64,000 bases of DNA from Chrysonvirus as5 (Duplodnaviria > Heunggongvirae > Uroviricota > Caudoviricetes > Straboviridae), in IMG/VR virus record IMGVR_UViG_650627007_000001, positions 43,172 to 107,171 of that record. One strand, written 5' to 3'. Of the stretch, positions 44,585-54,108 are shown piece after piece. The position numbers and the translations under genes were made by a program. The first letter of the stretch is position 1, and each line of letters begins with the position of its first letter. The notes below the pieces were generated by a model. It saw only the letters and a program-made list of their open reading frames with translations, was not told the origin of the DNA and ran no database searches.

Positions 44585-45897
44585 TTCAAAAATTCCTTGA
44601 TGTCAGATTGGTATTGCTTCTTGGGAGAAGTGTTCTTCCAGAAGTCGTTTTCTTTGGTCAACTCGGTGACTTGCTTTTCTAGCTTAGTCAATTCGTCTTC
44701 CGTCATGTGGTACAAGTTCATTTGCACCAGTTGTTCGGCATAGTCTTTCAGACTATCGAAAGCTTGAATCTGTTCGATTACTTGCTTGCGAGTCTGTTTA
44801 TGGAACTTGATCTTCTCGTCTAGCACAAGCTTGATAAACTCTACCTTAGCTTGAGCATATCCAAGTTTCTCAGTCGTTGCTACAATAGCATTATCGATTC
44901 GCTTTTGCAAGATGCCGAAGCGATAATTCACGAAATCAACAATCAGATCAGAAGCTTTTTCGTATGGCTTCAAATCGCCGTTTTGATCGATTACGCGAAT
45001 GTATTGTGACACATTCTGAGCCAGTTTGAAAGTCTTAATGATGTTTTCGTGACTGGTATCGAAATCACGCTTTAGCGTGATCTTGAAACAGAACTCACGA
45101 TCATCCATTTTGGACTCGTCATAGCCAACAATCTTGTCGGTCTCTACCAGCTTATCCAGTAAAGTCACATACTTAACGCGATCATATTTTACTGGAATCT
45201 CGCTGATTGTCAACTTAGTTTTACCGCTAAGTTCATAACAGCCTTCCAGTGTCCAAGCTTGATTCTTATCGACAACAGGAGTGATTTTACCATAGAACAG
45301 CGGGAACTGAATCTGTGGTTCATCGCACTTACCAGTTTTAAGAACTTGCTCAACACACTTAGCAACACTCACCAAGCTATGTGGCAGAATCTTGGTAGCA
45401 AATCCAGTTGCAATACCGCTAACACCGTTCAGCAGAACAGTTGGCAGAATCGGCAGATAGTAGCGTGGGAGTTCAGAACCATCAGCGGTAGACTCTTCCA
45501 GCAGCTCCATATCTTTGAACATACTATCGAATTGATCGTGCTTGGTACAGAAGATATAACGCGCTGCCGCACCTTCTTGCACAGCTCGGGAACCGAAGTT
45601 ACCTTGACCCTGAATAATAGGGAAGTTGTTGTTCCAAGTAGAAGCCATCAAACATGCGGCATCCATGGCAGCAACTTCGCCGTGGTTGTAACCATACTCA
45701 GAGATCACACCAGCGATTGCGGCATTCTTTTTGAAAGACTTGCCAGCATTCTTCAACACGCTATAAAGAATATAACGTTGTACCGGTTTTAGACCGTCTA
45801 CCATGCTTGGCAGAGCGCGTTCCTCAATGGTATACATCGCAAATTCTTTTGCTTCGTTATTGACTAGACTAGATATTCCACGTTTAGTTACTTGCAT
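44581..45897 (-). CDS. 52: topoisomerase II medium subunit
   Basis: RALPSMVDGLKPVQR, YNHGE, GNFGSR, AAARY. Confidence 0.97.
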   Translation of the reverse strand: MQVTKRGISSLVNNEAKEFAMYTIEERALPSMVDGLKPVQRYILYSVLKNAGKSFKKNAAIAGVISEYGYNHGEVAAMDAACLMASTWNNNFPIIQGQGNFGSRAVQEGAAARYIFCTKHDQFDSMFKDMELLEESTADGSELPRYYLPILPTVLLNGVSGIATGFATKILPHSLVSVAKCVEQVLKTGKCDEPQIQFPLFYGKITPVVDKNQAWTLEGCYELSGKTKLTISEIPVKYDRVKYVTLLDKLVETDKIVGYDESKMDDREFCFKITLKRDFDTSHENIIKTFKLAQNVSQYIRVIDQNGDLKPYEKASDLIVDFVNYRFGILQKRIDNAIVATTEKLGYAQAKVEFIKLVLDEKIKFHKQTRKQVIEQIQAFDSLKDYAEQLVQMNLYHMTEDELTKLEKQVTELTKENDFWKNTSPKKQYQSDIKEFLK

Positions 45898-45955
45898 TCT
45901 TTACCTCTTTTCAAACAGTCAGGATATTATACACGGCTGTTTGAAGATGTCAACA

Positions 45956-46462
45956 TCAGGATTTCAGACGACCAATAAAGTCATATTTGGTGCGAAGCTC
46001 GGTGATCATAGCGATACCGTTGTTTTTCGCGCTGTATTCTTCGATACCAAGCAGGTCGCGCATTTGTGCGTAGGACACGAAGAACACTTGATGTTTTGCT
46101 TCTACCTCACGCCAAGCTTTTACGATACTGGCATCGGTGAAGATTTCGGTAGATCGCTTGCACAAGTAATCGCCCAATGCTTTGTTTTGCTCGGTACGCG
46201 GATTATTCAAGCGACGCAGAACTTCCTTAAAGCCAGTTTTGCGTTTCTGAATACCGACGTGGTTTACGCTAACGATATCGCGCAGGCGAGCGTCATTAGT
46301 CGGGAAAGTAGCGATCAGATAGAAACCAGGAGTAGTCAGATCGTGATTCACAGGTACCCGAGCAATTTGGCCAGGAGTAAACTCCAGAATGCCAGTTTTG
46401 TTAGGGAACAGAGTACCGATATACAGTGCGTTTCCCATAAGGAGATTAGTATTCAATTTCAT
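45956..46462 (-). CDS. ndd: nucleoid disruption protein
   Basis: IGTL, L..PGFY, VG.Q..K.GF..VL as in T4 Ndd; synteny. Confidence 0.75.
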   Translation of the reverse strand: MKLNTNLLMGNALYIGTLFPNKTGILEFTPGQIARVPVNHDLTTPGFYLIATFPTNDARLRDIVSVNHVGIQKRKTGFKEVLRRLNNPRTEQNKALGDYLCKRSTEIFTDASIVKAWREVEAKHQVFFVSYAQMRDLLGIEEYSAKNNGIAMITELRTKYDFIGRLKS

Positions 46463-46489
46463 TTCATTACCTCATTAAGTAGAGATCGA

Positions 46490-46518
46490 ATTATTACACA
46501 CTAGCTAACGTGTGTCAA
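46490..46518 (-). promoter_or_regulatory. sigma70-like promoter of ndd
   Basis: TTGACA...TAATAAT with ACACAC/GTGTGT inverted repeat in spacer. Confidence 0.7.
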
Positions 46519-46552
46519 CACTGCGGCATAGCCGCTAATTGTTACTATGTAA

Positions 46553-46631
46553 CAAAAAGAGAAAATAAAATCTCTTATATATCTTATATGAGAATTTACT
46601 TTGTCTTTTCGTTAGAAATCAATATGTTAGC
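46553..46631 (-). repeat. 79-nt AT-rich quasi-palindromic element, copy 2
   Basis: 70/79 identical to 2762-2840 in inverted orientation. Confidence 0.9.
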
Positions 46632-46683
46632 TTCGCAGTCGCTGGCGCGACATTTGGAGTTTAATTATTATACTATCTATTCA

Positions 46684-46754
46684 CCAAATCGATTTGGAGC
46701 GATTCCTTATCTAATTGATATCATCGCATAGACTATCGCTAGGAATCGCTCCAA
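46684..46754. repeat. 14-bp palindrome plus 14-bp-arm inverted repeat
   Basis: CCAAATCGATTTGG 46684-46697; TTGGAGCGATTCCT 46694-46707 / AGGAATCGCTCCAA 46741-46754. Confidence 0.85.
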
Positions 46755-46764
46755 TGTCTTCCTA

Positions 46765-46986
46765 TTAACAGGAGAAAGTCATATGATCATAACAGTATTG
46801 AATGATCTCTTGTTGACGTTTGTTATCCCAATAGAAGAAATCCTTATCGGTACCTCTGATTGAATCCGCCAGTTCCGTTGGCAAGTTGTTGAACAACGCT
46901 TGACCAAAACGGTATTGGTCGCTTGTCTCGCAAATGCTCTTGCGGATAAGATCATACATCTGCGGTACAGTGAGTTTCATTGTCAT
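46765..46986 (-). CDS. hypothetical protein
   Basis: GGAG SD before ATG 46986; RFGQALFN motif. Confidence 0.7.
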   Translation of the reverse strand: MTMKLTVPQMYDLIRKSICETSDQYRFGQALFNNLPTELADSIRGTDKDFFYWDNKRQQEIIQYCYDHMTFSC

Positions 46987-46987
46987 A

Positions 46988-47554
46988 TCAGTTGCTCCAG
47001 TCATAGTCAACGCCCAGAAAGTCGAATACTTCTACCAGTTCGGCTTTCACGGTACGAGCACAGTTGGCGTGCTTCATTTGTTTGATTGTCGGTGGTGTCA
47101 GATGCGCTACCGCGTTTCCGAAAGCTTCGATACGCGAGTGGGTCGCATCCATTGCCGAACGTTGCATGTCATACAGTGCTTCCTCAGAAACACGGCACAT
47201 ATACAGGTGGCAATGCATACCACTTTCAGGAATCTTGTGTGTGCAAAGATGCAGCAGATGATCTGGATTCGGAGTGTATCCAATTTCTTCTTTGCATTCG
47301 CGCACCGCAGCTTCGATCAGGCTTTCGCCTTCATCTACCATACCACCCGGGAAGCCGAAACGAGAATCCCAACGAACATTCAGAAGGATTTTGTGTGCCC
47401 AAACGTGCTTCTTGTCTTCTGGGAAAGTCGGGTCGGTTGTATTGATATATGGCTGCACTTTGTCACAGTAGAAGCAGACAAACGCAGCATCCGATTTGCC
47501 ACGTGCACCGCTTTCTACTTCAATGCAATCGACAAACGATTTAAATGATTTCAT
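46988..47554 (-). CDS. nudE: Nudix hydrolase
   Basis: RWDSRFGFPGGMVD.GES...AAVRECKEEIG. Confidence 0.9.
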   Translation of the reverse strand: MKSFKSFVDCIEVESGARGKSDAAFVCFYCDKVQPYINTTDPTFPEDKKHVWAHKILLNVRWDSRFGFPGGMVDEGESLIEAAVRECKEEIGYTPNPDHLLHLCTHKIPESGMHCHLYMCRVSEEALYDMQRSAMDATHSRIEAFGNAVAHLTPPTIKQMKHANCARTVKAELVEVFDFLGVDYDWSN

Positions 47555-47583
47555 TTTGTTTACTCTCTTTGGTTGATGTGCTC

Positions 47584-47650
47584 AGTATACTGGTTCAGAA
47601 TCACAAGTCAACACTTTTTAAAATAAAAAAGCCACCCGAAGGTGGCTTTT
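47584..47650 (-). promoter_or_regulatory. rIIB terminator followed by nudE promoter
   Basis: AAAAGCCACC-TTCG-GGTGGCTTTT; TTGACT-16-TATACT. Confidence 0.8.
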
Positions 47651-47655
47651 GATGA

Positions 47656-48954
47656 TTAGTGCTTACCAAACTCTTTGGTAATGTCTTTCAGAACCTTGAA
47701 CTCACAGCAACGCATTTTTGCGCCCTTGTAGTCTTTCGGAACTGCTACTACATGCTGAGGATCAACTTGTACCAGCAGAATACGACCTTGACCACCGTGA
47801 TAGTTCGGGATGTAGTGTCGAGCTGCTACGTGGAGACCGGCAGAACAAGTTGCGTCGGAGCTGTCACACTTAGCACGATCCAGTTTAACCGTTTCACCTA
47901 CTTTGTTTGAAAGCTTACCGGTATAAAAGTCTTTATAATCGGTAGTGCAACGACGATAAGCATGGACGAAACCGTCGGTGGTGATTTCGATGTCGTTGTG
48001 CTCAAGGAAGTCAAACAGGCCTTCGATTGCTTTCTTGTTCGGATTCAGCAGCAGTTTTTCGAGAAACGCTACCAGGTGACCGAACGGCTTACCATCGTGC
48101 ATGTTGCTGATGATACGCTTTACAACAGAACCACCAATTTCCAGACCCTTATAAGTAACAACATCATTTTCTACCTTGAGTTGACCTTTAGCATAAGAGC
48201 TAACACCCTTAGCAACGTTGATCAGACCCAGAGCTTTCAGAACATCACCAGCGATACACAGATCCAGAGCTTTGCGGAACTGTTCGTGACTGCTATCGGC
48301 AGTGTAAGTCTTACCGTCTGCCATGATGTTGATGAACTTGGTAGACGCGAACCACTTGAGTTCTTTCGGAGTCTCAACCGGTGCAACAGCCGGAGAACCA
48401 GGACGACGGGCTTTTACGCCTTTACGCTTGAGAACTTCACCAACAGTGCTTTCAGAGCAACCAACCAGGGATGCGACAGTCTTTTGGGACTTGTACTCAC
48501 CGGTGGTATAGAGTTCGACGATTTTTGCGTCTCGCTCGTCAGCTCGTTTGTCTGCTTCGTGAAATCGAGCGCCCAGATGGGTGTCCTCTTTCTTCGGTAC
48601 AACCGGAGCGGCTTTCGGAGCAACAACAGCAGGTTTAGCAACTGGTGCGGCTTTAGTTGCCGGAGCTACGTTACCACGAATTGCTTCGATGATCTTGCGA
48701 GCTTCGGATTCTTTGATATTCAGACGCTTGGCCAGAACAGTGCGACCCAGTTTGCCTTCCAGAATCTCTTTGCGCATAGCTTCGGTAACACCGTTGCTCG
48801 GCTGTTTTGCCTTAGCCAGTCGATCTTCTTCTTTTACGAGTTCGATCATTTTACGAGCTGCGGATTCGCCGATGTTCAGTTCGCGAGCCAGTACGCCACG
48901 ACCCAGAGTGCCAGCCAGAATACGTGCTTTTTGTTGTTCAGTCAGTTTAGCCAT
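47656..48954 (-). CDS. rIIB: RIIB protector protein with N-terminal HTH repeats
   Basis: W.ASTKFI, L.FLE.L..NP, LF.FL..NDIEIT.DG, CS.GLHV, K.RCC.FKV. Confidence 0.93.
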   Translation of the reverse strand: MAKLTEQQKARILAGTLGRGVLARELNIGESAARKMIELVKEEDRLAKAKQPSNGVTEAMRKEILEGKLGRTVLAKRLNIKESEARKIIEAIRGNVAPATKAAPVAKPAVVAPKAAPVVPKKEDTHLGARFHEADKRADERDAKIVELYTTGEYKSQKTVASLVGCSESTVGEVLKRKGVKARRPGSPAVAPVETPKELKWFASTKFINIMADGKTYTADSSHEQFRKALDLCIAGDVLKALGLINVAKGVSSYAKGQLKVENDVVTYKGLEIGGSVVKRIISNMHDGKPFGHLVAFLEKLLLNPNKKAIEGLFDFLEHNDIEITTDGFVHAYRRCTTDYKDFYTGKLSNKVGETVKLDRAKCDSSDATCSAGLHVAARHYIPNYHGGQGRILLVQVDPQHVVAVPKDYKGAKMRCCEFKVLKDITKEFGKH

Positions 48955-49035
48955 TTTACAGTTTCCTTTTCTTGTCAGGTTTGATTAGTTTAACGCTTTT
49001 GATTCTCATAATAAACATTATCTCCTTCTCATAAC

Positions 49036-49072
49036 GTGCGGTCATTATCTCATATGAATGACCGCACGTCAA
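49036..49072 (-). promoter_or_regulatory. rIIB promoter inside 11-bp inverted repeat
   Basis: TTGACG-17-GATAAT; GTGCGGTCATT/AATGACCGCAC. Confidence 0.75.
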
Positions 49073-49075
49073 TAT

Positions 49076-51274
49076 TTATTTTACAGCAACTTGAACAATG
49101 TTTGTCGCAGTTGCATCTGGGATACTATATACGGAGTTGGTATAAGCGACGATCAGAGGGTTATTCTTCTCGAACTCTTTTACCTTAACGTATGCGATAT
49201 CATACGCTTTTCTTTCCAGTTCTGCAATAGCATCATGCAGACTTTTGCCGTTTGTCAGCTTGAGATCTGACATAGAATTCCGAGCACGACGCAAGAAATT
49301 ACCGATCTCACTCACTTTGCCGTTATTACAGATCTGATCTACCAGCGGCTTGGTGATAACGTTGCTTTCGAGACGACCAACCCAACGTTCCATGACTTGC
49401 ACACCAAAGTGGGTTTCGTCAACGGCATCGGCATGTTTCAGAACATCAAACTGGATAATATCCTGAGATACCTGAGTGATATTCTTGTTCTTCCATGCAC
49501 GTTGGAAGTGCGTAGGCTTGAACATATAAACGGTTTTCTTCTCTACAGCAGCCCATTGAGAAATCAGCTCAGAGCTATACAGATTCACGCTCTTCCAATC
49601 GCCAAACTTCTCTTTGGTCTTACCGGATTTCAGAGTCTCGATGGTAATTGTCGGAGTAACATGACGCGGATTGCTCCACTCATAGCCCATCCAATAACAA
49701 TCTTTCAGCTCGTCGATGTCTTCCACGTACATCTGTTTTTCTTTGTAGATGCCATTTTCGTACACGACCACGTTAGTGGCTTTACCGGTACGCTTCTTGA
49801 CTTCTACCAGACCCTTGTCCTTCATTTCTTTCAGAACATCGGCGCGAACTTTGGACAGAGTGACAATCATTTTGTCCTTCATCCGAGTCGGCCAGTATCC
49901 CAGGTAATGAATCAAGTTTTCTTTGTACGCATCACCGATTGTACCACGTGATGGGTCTTTCTTGTCGATTGGCGTAGTGTTGGCTACGTCAAACACCAGT
50001 GCACCTTCGACTCGGAACTTGTTCAGACGATGCAGAGCCATCATAACTTCGCCAGCTCCGGATTTCAAGTCGTTAATGATTACACGCTTGAAATTGGCAT
50101 CAAATCCAACCATGTTGCTGGTATAGCGGATCTTGTTTTTGCGAACAGTGACACCAACGCTTGCATTCTGCAAATACACTTCCGTGTTCGGACGGGTATA
50201 GCTATTGAAATGCGCTTTCCACTGTTGGATAGTCTTGCCGTGGAACACACGATTTTCGATCATTCGGCGCCATACGTCATGCGGCAGTCTGCCGTTGATT
50301 GACTTATACAGCTCGAATATGTCATTGGACTTATCAAAAATCTTGTCAATTTCCACATCATGAACTTTGTTCAGAATCTTGATTCGCTTGTCAATAGAAG
50401 CGATGGTATCAGGGTCCAAACTCAGTTCTTCGCGGCTCGGAGTCATATCAAGTTCACCGATTTCGAAGCGAACGTAATAAGACTTGTCTTTAGCAAACAG
50501 CCCGATCATGGTGTTGTTCCAGTATTCGCTCGGGATTGGGTAAACTACACCACCCATAACAGCGAACACACCGTTACCATGTTGTGAGCGAGTATTCCAG
50601 CCACCTTCTACCTTACAGATACCATCGGCATCGAAATCCAGGTAGTTGATTGTGATCGACTTACCAACGAAACGAGGACGATATTTCTCGAAAGAGCAGA
50701 ATACGCGGGCGGCTTCTTGTTCCCAAGTGTTCATGTCATTACTAACAGGTACGGTAACTTCAACACCAGTCGGCTCGTTGCTTTCTTCTTCGAACATTTT
50801 CATGATGTTCGGCTCGCCGTTCTTCATGAATGCGCTGTAAATGCGCTTGAATCCGCCGTGCCAGGAAGTCACTGTGAACGTATCGGTATACGCAAACGGA
50901 GACTTACAACCAAGACCGAAACCACCGATTTCATCGTTACTGTTCGACTTGGTACTTGCAAAATAAGTGCAGTACAGCCCGGTAACATCTTCCTCACTCA
51001 GACCAATACCGTAATCACGGACGCTGAATTGTTGGTTCAGTACACTCGGCAGAGTAACGTCGAAAGTAGTCTTAACATCTACCCCAGTGCGAGCCAGAGC
51101 GATATGACCGTCTACCGCGTTGCAACACAGTTCACGAATGATGGCGCGTTGCTTGTACTTATACAGAGAACTGGACAGAATCTTGAATGCTTTTGCACTA
51201 GCCAGAATTTTGAATCCAGAACTCATGTCCGCGGCGCTGCCGTAGATCTCGGTTTGTTCCTGATGAATTTTCAT
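49076..51274 (-). CDS. rIIA: RIIA protector protein (GHKL ATPase)
   Basis: LYKYKQRAIIREL..NAVD, VRDYGIGL, STK..SN..IGGFGLG.KSPFAY. Confidence 0.96.
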   Translation of the reverse strand: MKIHQEQTEIYGSAADMSSGFKILASAKAFKILSSSLYKYKQRAIIRELCCNAVDGHIALARTGVDVKTTFDVTLPSVLNQQFSVRDYGIGLSEEDVTGLYCTYFASTKSNSNDEIGGFGLGCKSPFAYTDTFTVTSWHGGFKRIYSAFMKNGEPNIMKMFEEESNEPTGVEVTVPVSNDMNTWEQEAARVFCSFEKYRPRFVGKSITINYLDFDADGICKVEGGWNTRSQHGNGVFAVMGGVVYPIPSEYWNNTMIGLFAKDKSYYVRFEIGELDMTPSREELSLDPDTIASIDKRIKILNKVHDVEIDKIFDKSNDIFELYKSINGRLPHDVWRRMIENRVFHGKTIQQWKAHFNSYTRPNTEVYLQNASVGVTVRKNKIRYTSNMVGFDANFKRVIINDLKSGAGEVMMALHRLNKFRVEGALVFDVANTTPIDKKDPSRGTIGDAYKENLIHYLGYWPTRMKDKMIVTLSKVRADVLKEMKDKGLVEVKKRTGKATNVVVYENGIYKEKQMYVEDIDELKDCYWMGYEWSNPRHVTPTITIETLKSGKTKEKFGDWKSVNLYSSELISQWAAVEKKTVYMFKPTHFQRAWKNKNITQVSQDIIQFDVLKHADAVDETHFGVQVMERWVGRLESNVITKPLVDQICNNGKVSEIGNFLRRARNSMSDLKLTNGKSLHDAIAELERKAYDIAYVKVKEFEKNNPLIVAYTNSVYSIPDATATNIVQVAVK

Positions 51275-51323
51275 TTACATATCTCATGGTTGGCATTATA
51301 TATTCCTCACATACGTTACAATA

Positions 51324-51357
51324 ACTGGATAATACACGATGATTATCCAGTAGTCAA
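51324..51357 (-). promoter_or_regulatory. rIIA promoter inside 10-bp inverted repeat
   Basis: TTGACT-17-TATTAT; ACTGGATAAT/ATTATCCAGT. Confidence 0.75.
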
Positions 51358-51364
51358 TTACTTT

Positions 51365-51676
51365 TTACAGGTATTCGTCGAACCAGCGTTCACCAAGCTC
51401 TTCCAGATCGACATCATAGCCGAAGATCAGACGAAGATTGGCAGTTTTATGTGTGATTTCTTTGGTTTCTACCAGAGATTCGCGCAACTTCTTGATCTCA
51501 TTCTTGACGGAAGACAGAACCAGGATGTTGTTTTCCTTGCAATGCTCTTCCCATTCTCCGAACTTCATATCGAAGAACTTGATAAACTTCTCACGAAGAA
51601 AAGTCATCTTGCCGATCTTGATACACGGTGTGATCTTCTTACCGATGTCTCCCAGATTCTTGGTCATGCTGTTCAT
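51365..51676 (-). CDS. hypothetical protein
   Basis: 103 aa ORF upstream of rIIA. Confidence 0.7.
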   Translation of the reverse strand: MNSMTKNLGDIGKKITPCIKIGKMTFLREKFIKFFDMKFGEWEEHCKENNILVLSSVKNEIKKLRESLVETKEITHKTANLRLIFGYDVDLEELGERWFDEYL

Positions 51677-51678
51677 TA

Positions 51679-52149
51679 TTAAACCTTCTGTTTGATAGCG
51701 TTTTTAGCCATTCGACGATTAGCGTATTTCTTATCGCCGGTCACTTCTTTGCCGATCCAGTTGGGAAGAGGCAGAATTTCTTCTTTCTCATGGTTCAACT
51801 CGATTTCCGCAACTTGGAGTCCAGTATACGGGTAAGAGCTAAAGGTGTCAAGCTCAATTTTATGTTTTCCGTGCTGATAAACATCGCGAATCTTTTCGAG
51901 GATGCCAGCGGGATTAGCATAGCGACGGGCGAACTCATAGACGAACTTGGGGATACGGGTCTCCAGTTCAATCTTGCTCATGCCTTTGCCGATCTTCATG
52001 TTCCAGTAATAAGACGTCAAACCCTCAACTTGCTTGCGGAATCGCAGCTTGCCGAAGTAAAACTGAGTGATTGCAATACGACGAATCGGAATGTCATCGA
52101 TGATCACATGCTCATTTCTCAGGAACTTACGTTCAATTTCGAGTAACAT
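51679..52149 (-). CDS. CYTH-domain triphosphate tunnel metalloenzyme
   Basis: EIERKF, ELD.F, AEIEL, W.G.EVT.D.KY.N motifs; AAGGAG SD before ATG 52149. Confidence 0.88.
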   Translation of the reverse strand: MLLEIERKFLRNEHVIIDDIPIRRIAITQFYFGKLRFRKQVEGLTSYYWNMKIGKGMSKIELETRIPKFVYEFARRYANPAGILEKIRDVYQHGKHKIELDTFSSYPYTGLQVAEIELNHEKEEILPLPNWIGKEVTGDKKYANRRMAKNAIKQKV

Positions 52150-52173
52150 ATTTCTCTCCTTTGTAAAGCATAC

Positions 52174-52208
52174 AATATACGCTTTAAAAAGGAGGGTGTC
52201 AACCCTCC
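52174..52208 (-). promoter_or_regulatory. terminator hairpin whose loop is both the 39/60 stop codon and the -35 of the CYTH promoter
   Basis: GGAGGGT-TGAC-ACCCTCC-TTTTT; TTGACA-17-TATATT. Confidence 0.75.
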
Positions 52209-54043
52209 TCCTCAATTTCTGCATCAAAATCTTCACCGAAACCAAGCCATGTTTTACGCTTGCTTTCATCATCACCGAACAACATTTCCAGCATAGCGGG
52301 AGTGTCTTCGTCGATAACGATCTGTTCCAACACAAGATTTTCGATACACTGCTTGTATTCGCAGTTTTTACCTTCGGTAGTCAGTGTGCCAAGACCCTTA
52401 ATGTGTCGATGTGTCCACTTGCTATCGAATTTCTTAGAACGGAACTCTTCGCGTGAATAGCTCCAATCAGTTTTCTTACCGTTGGTACTGATATACTCAG
52501 GTGTCCTAACGATATGAATACGACCTTGCTCGAACCAATGTGGCCAATACTTGTAGAAGAATGCAATAGCCAGCATAGCGATTGAACCCTTACCGTCTTG
52601 GTCCGCGTCGGTCATGATTGCGATGTTTGTATAAGCCGGAGCTTCTTTCGACCGAAGATCAACGTTAAGAATACCAAGCAGATCTGAAATCTCCTTGTTC
52701 TTCAACACTTCATGATCAGCTAAGTTCCAAACGTTCAGCATCTTACCACGCAACGGATAGCCGCCTTGTGACTCTTCGTTACGGAATCGAATGAAAGGAC
52801 CGATAGCTGAATCCCCTTCTGCCAGGAACAAAGTTGTCTTGGTTCGACCCAGTCCAGACGCTTTAACGTGCTTGGCAACGTTGGCAGCTTTCGCTTTCTT
52901 CTGTGCTTTGGTAGCCGCTGCTTTATCGGCAGCTTCTTTCTTCGCAAGTGCAGACGCGATAATCGGATCAATAACTTCCGGTGTTTTCAGAATCTTGCGA
53001 GCCAATCCCTTGTAATCCAAGTTCATGTGATCGCGAATCTGTGCCCACGGGGAGCTTAACCGCTCTTTTGTCTGACCATCATACTTCGGCGCTACCAGAT
53101 TACGAATAAACAAGCCAATAATCAAGCATTCTTTAATTCGAGCTTTGTTAATTTCGATCTTGTGCTGACGCTTGATCATCGGGATCAGTTCTTCGCTCAG
53201 ACTATCAAGCACACCATAAACGTGATTGCCGCCTTGCTTAGTATGAACACCGTTAACAAAACTCAGTTGTCTGTATTCTTCCGATGTGCCAAAGAACACA
53301 CTAACATTGTCATCATTGTGACAAACAACATCGCCGAATTGTGCCGCAAACTTCTGGAATTTGCTATCGACTTTCTTGCCGTTATACTTGAATGTAACTT
53401 GTGGGAAGTTCACTGCCAGCGTGATTAGACGCGACTTGATCACTTGCTCAAAGTCTTCATCAAGATTGAATACGCCGAATCTGGTGAAGTCTGGGACGAA
53501 GGTAACAACCGTGCCCTTGAACTTACCTTTCTTCACGGAATAGCTTACTTCATCCGCGTTGTTTGTGCAACTTACAGTAACAACAGTTTCGCCATTACCA
53601 GTTTCGCCAATAAAGCTATCGGAGAAGAAGTTAGTCAGCGCAGAGCCGACACCGTTTTTACCGATTGTCTTTCGATCTGCGGAGAAGTTTGAGCCGGCGC
53701 GAGCGCGAGTCCAAGCAGCTAGTGGCAACGGAACTTCTAACCCCTCGGGTGTGACTACCGTGCCTTGTGGCAGACCACGACCGTTATCTTTCACCGACAC
53801 TTTATTATCGGCAACAGTGATTTCAATCACGTTTGCATGTTCGAAATTGGTACGAATCGCTTCATCCACGCTGTTATCGATAACTTCGTCGGTGATTTTT
53901 ACCAGACCAGGAACATACGTTAGTGGTTGAAATTTACCATCGATTAGTACATCGTGTGTTTCCGTCGATACTGATCCCACATACATATCGGTGTTAATAA
54001 GGCAGTGTTCTTTGTCGGATAAAACTTTAAACTCTTGGGACAT
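52199..54043 (-). CDS. 39: topoisomerase II large subunit (gp39+gp60 fused)
   Basis: EVIDNSVDE, DNGRGLP, G.NGVG, AEGDSA, PLRGK, MTDADQDG, KGLG in one frame; start at ATG 54043. Confidence 0.96.
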   Translation of the reverse strand: MSQEFKVLSDKEHCLINTDMYVGSVSTETHDVLIDGKFQPLTYVPGLVKITDEVIDNSVDEAIRTNFEHANVIEITVADNKVSVKDNGRGLPQGTVVTPEGLEVPLPLAAWTRARAGSNFSADRKTIGKNGVGSALTNFFSDSFIGETGNGETVVTVSCTNNADEVSYSVKKGKFKGTVVTFVPDFTRFGVFNLDEDFEQVIKSRLITLAVNFPQVTFKYNGKKVDSKFQKFAAQFGDVVCHNDDNVSVFFGTSEEYRQLSFVNGVHTKQGGNHVYGVLDSLSEELIPMIKRQHKIEINKARIKECLIIGLFIRNLVAPKYDGQTKERLSSPWAQIRDHMNLDYKGLARKILKTPEVIDPIIASALAKKEAADKAAATKAQKKAKAANVAKHVKASGLGRTKTTLFLAEGDSAIGPFIRFRNEESQGGYPLRGKMLNVWNLADHEVLKNKEISDLLGILNVDLRSKEAPAYTNIAIMTDADQDGKGSIAMLAIAFFYKYWPHWFEQGRIHIVRTPEYISTNGKKTDWSYSREEFRSKKFDSKWTHRHIKGLGTLTTEGKNCEYKQCIENLVLEQIVIDEDTPAMLEMLFGDDESKRKTWLGFGEDFDAEIEEEG

Positions 54044-54056
54044 ATTACCTCTTTCT

Positions 54057-54108
54057 ATGGGGAGCTGTTTAGACTCCCCATTATACACAAAAACGACTTA
54101 CTATAAAC
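54057..54108 (-). promoter_or_regulatory. promoter of 39/60 with leader hairpin
   Basis: GTTTAT-17-TATAAT; ATGGGGAG/CTCCCCAT. Confidence 0.65.

Noticed and set aside
2762-46631. The inverted 79-nt repeats as recombinase sites inverting a 44-kb segment
   Set aside because: Central spacers differ (site-specific recombination normally needs matching spacers) and no recombinase gene is in the window
51679-52335. 218-aa version of the CYTH ORF; also extended starts at 54088, 58003, 28925, 12774, 16183 and 17158
   Set aside because: Extensions overlap upstream genes or promoters; downstream ATGs have proper SDs
52199-54043. T4-style gene 60 translational bypass
   Set aside because: gp39 and gp60 domains are fused in one uninterrupted frame
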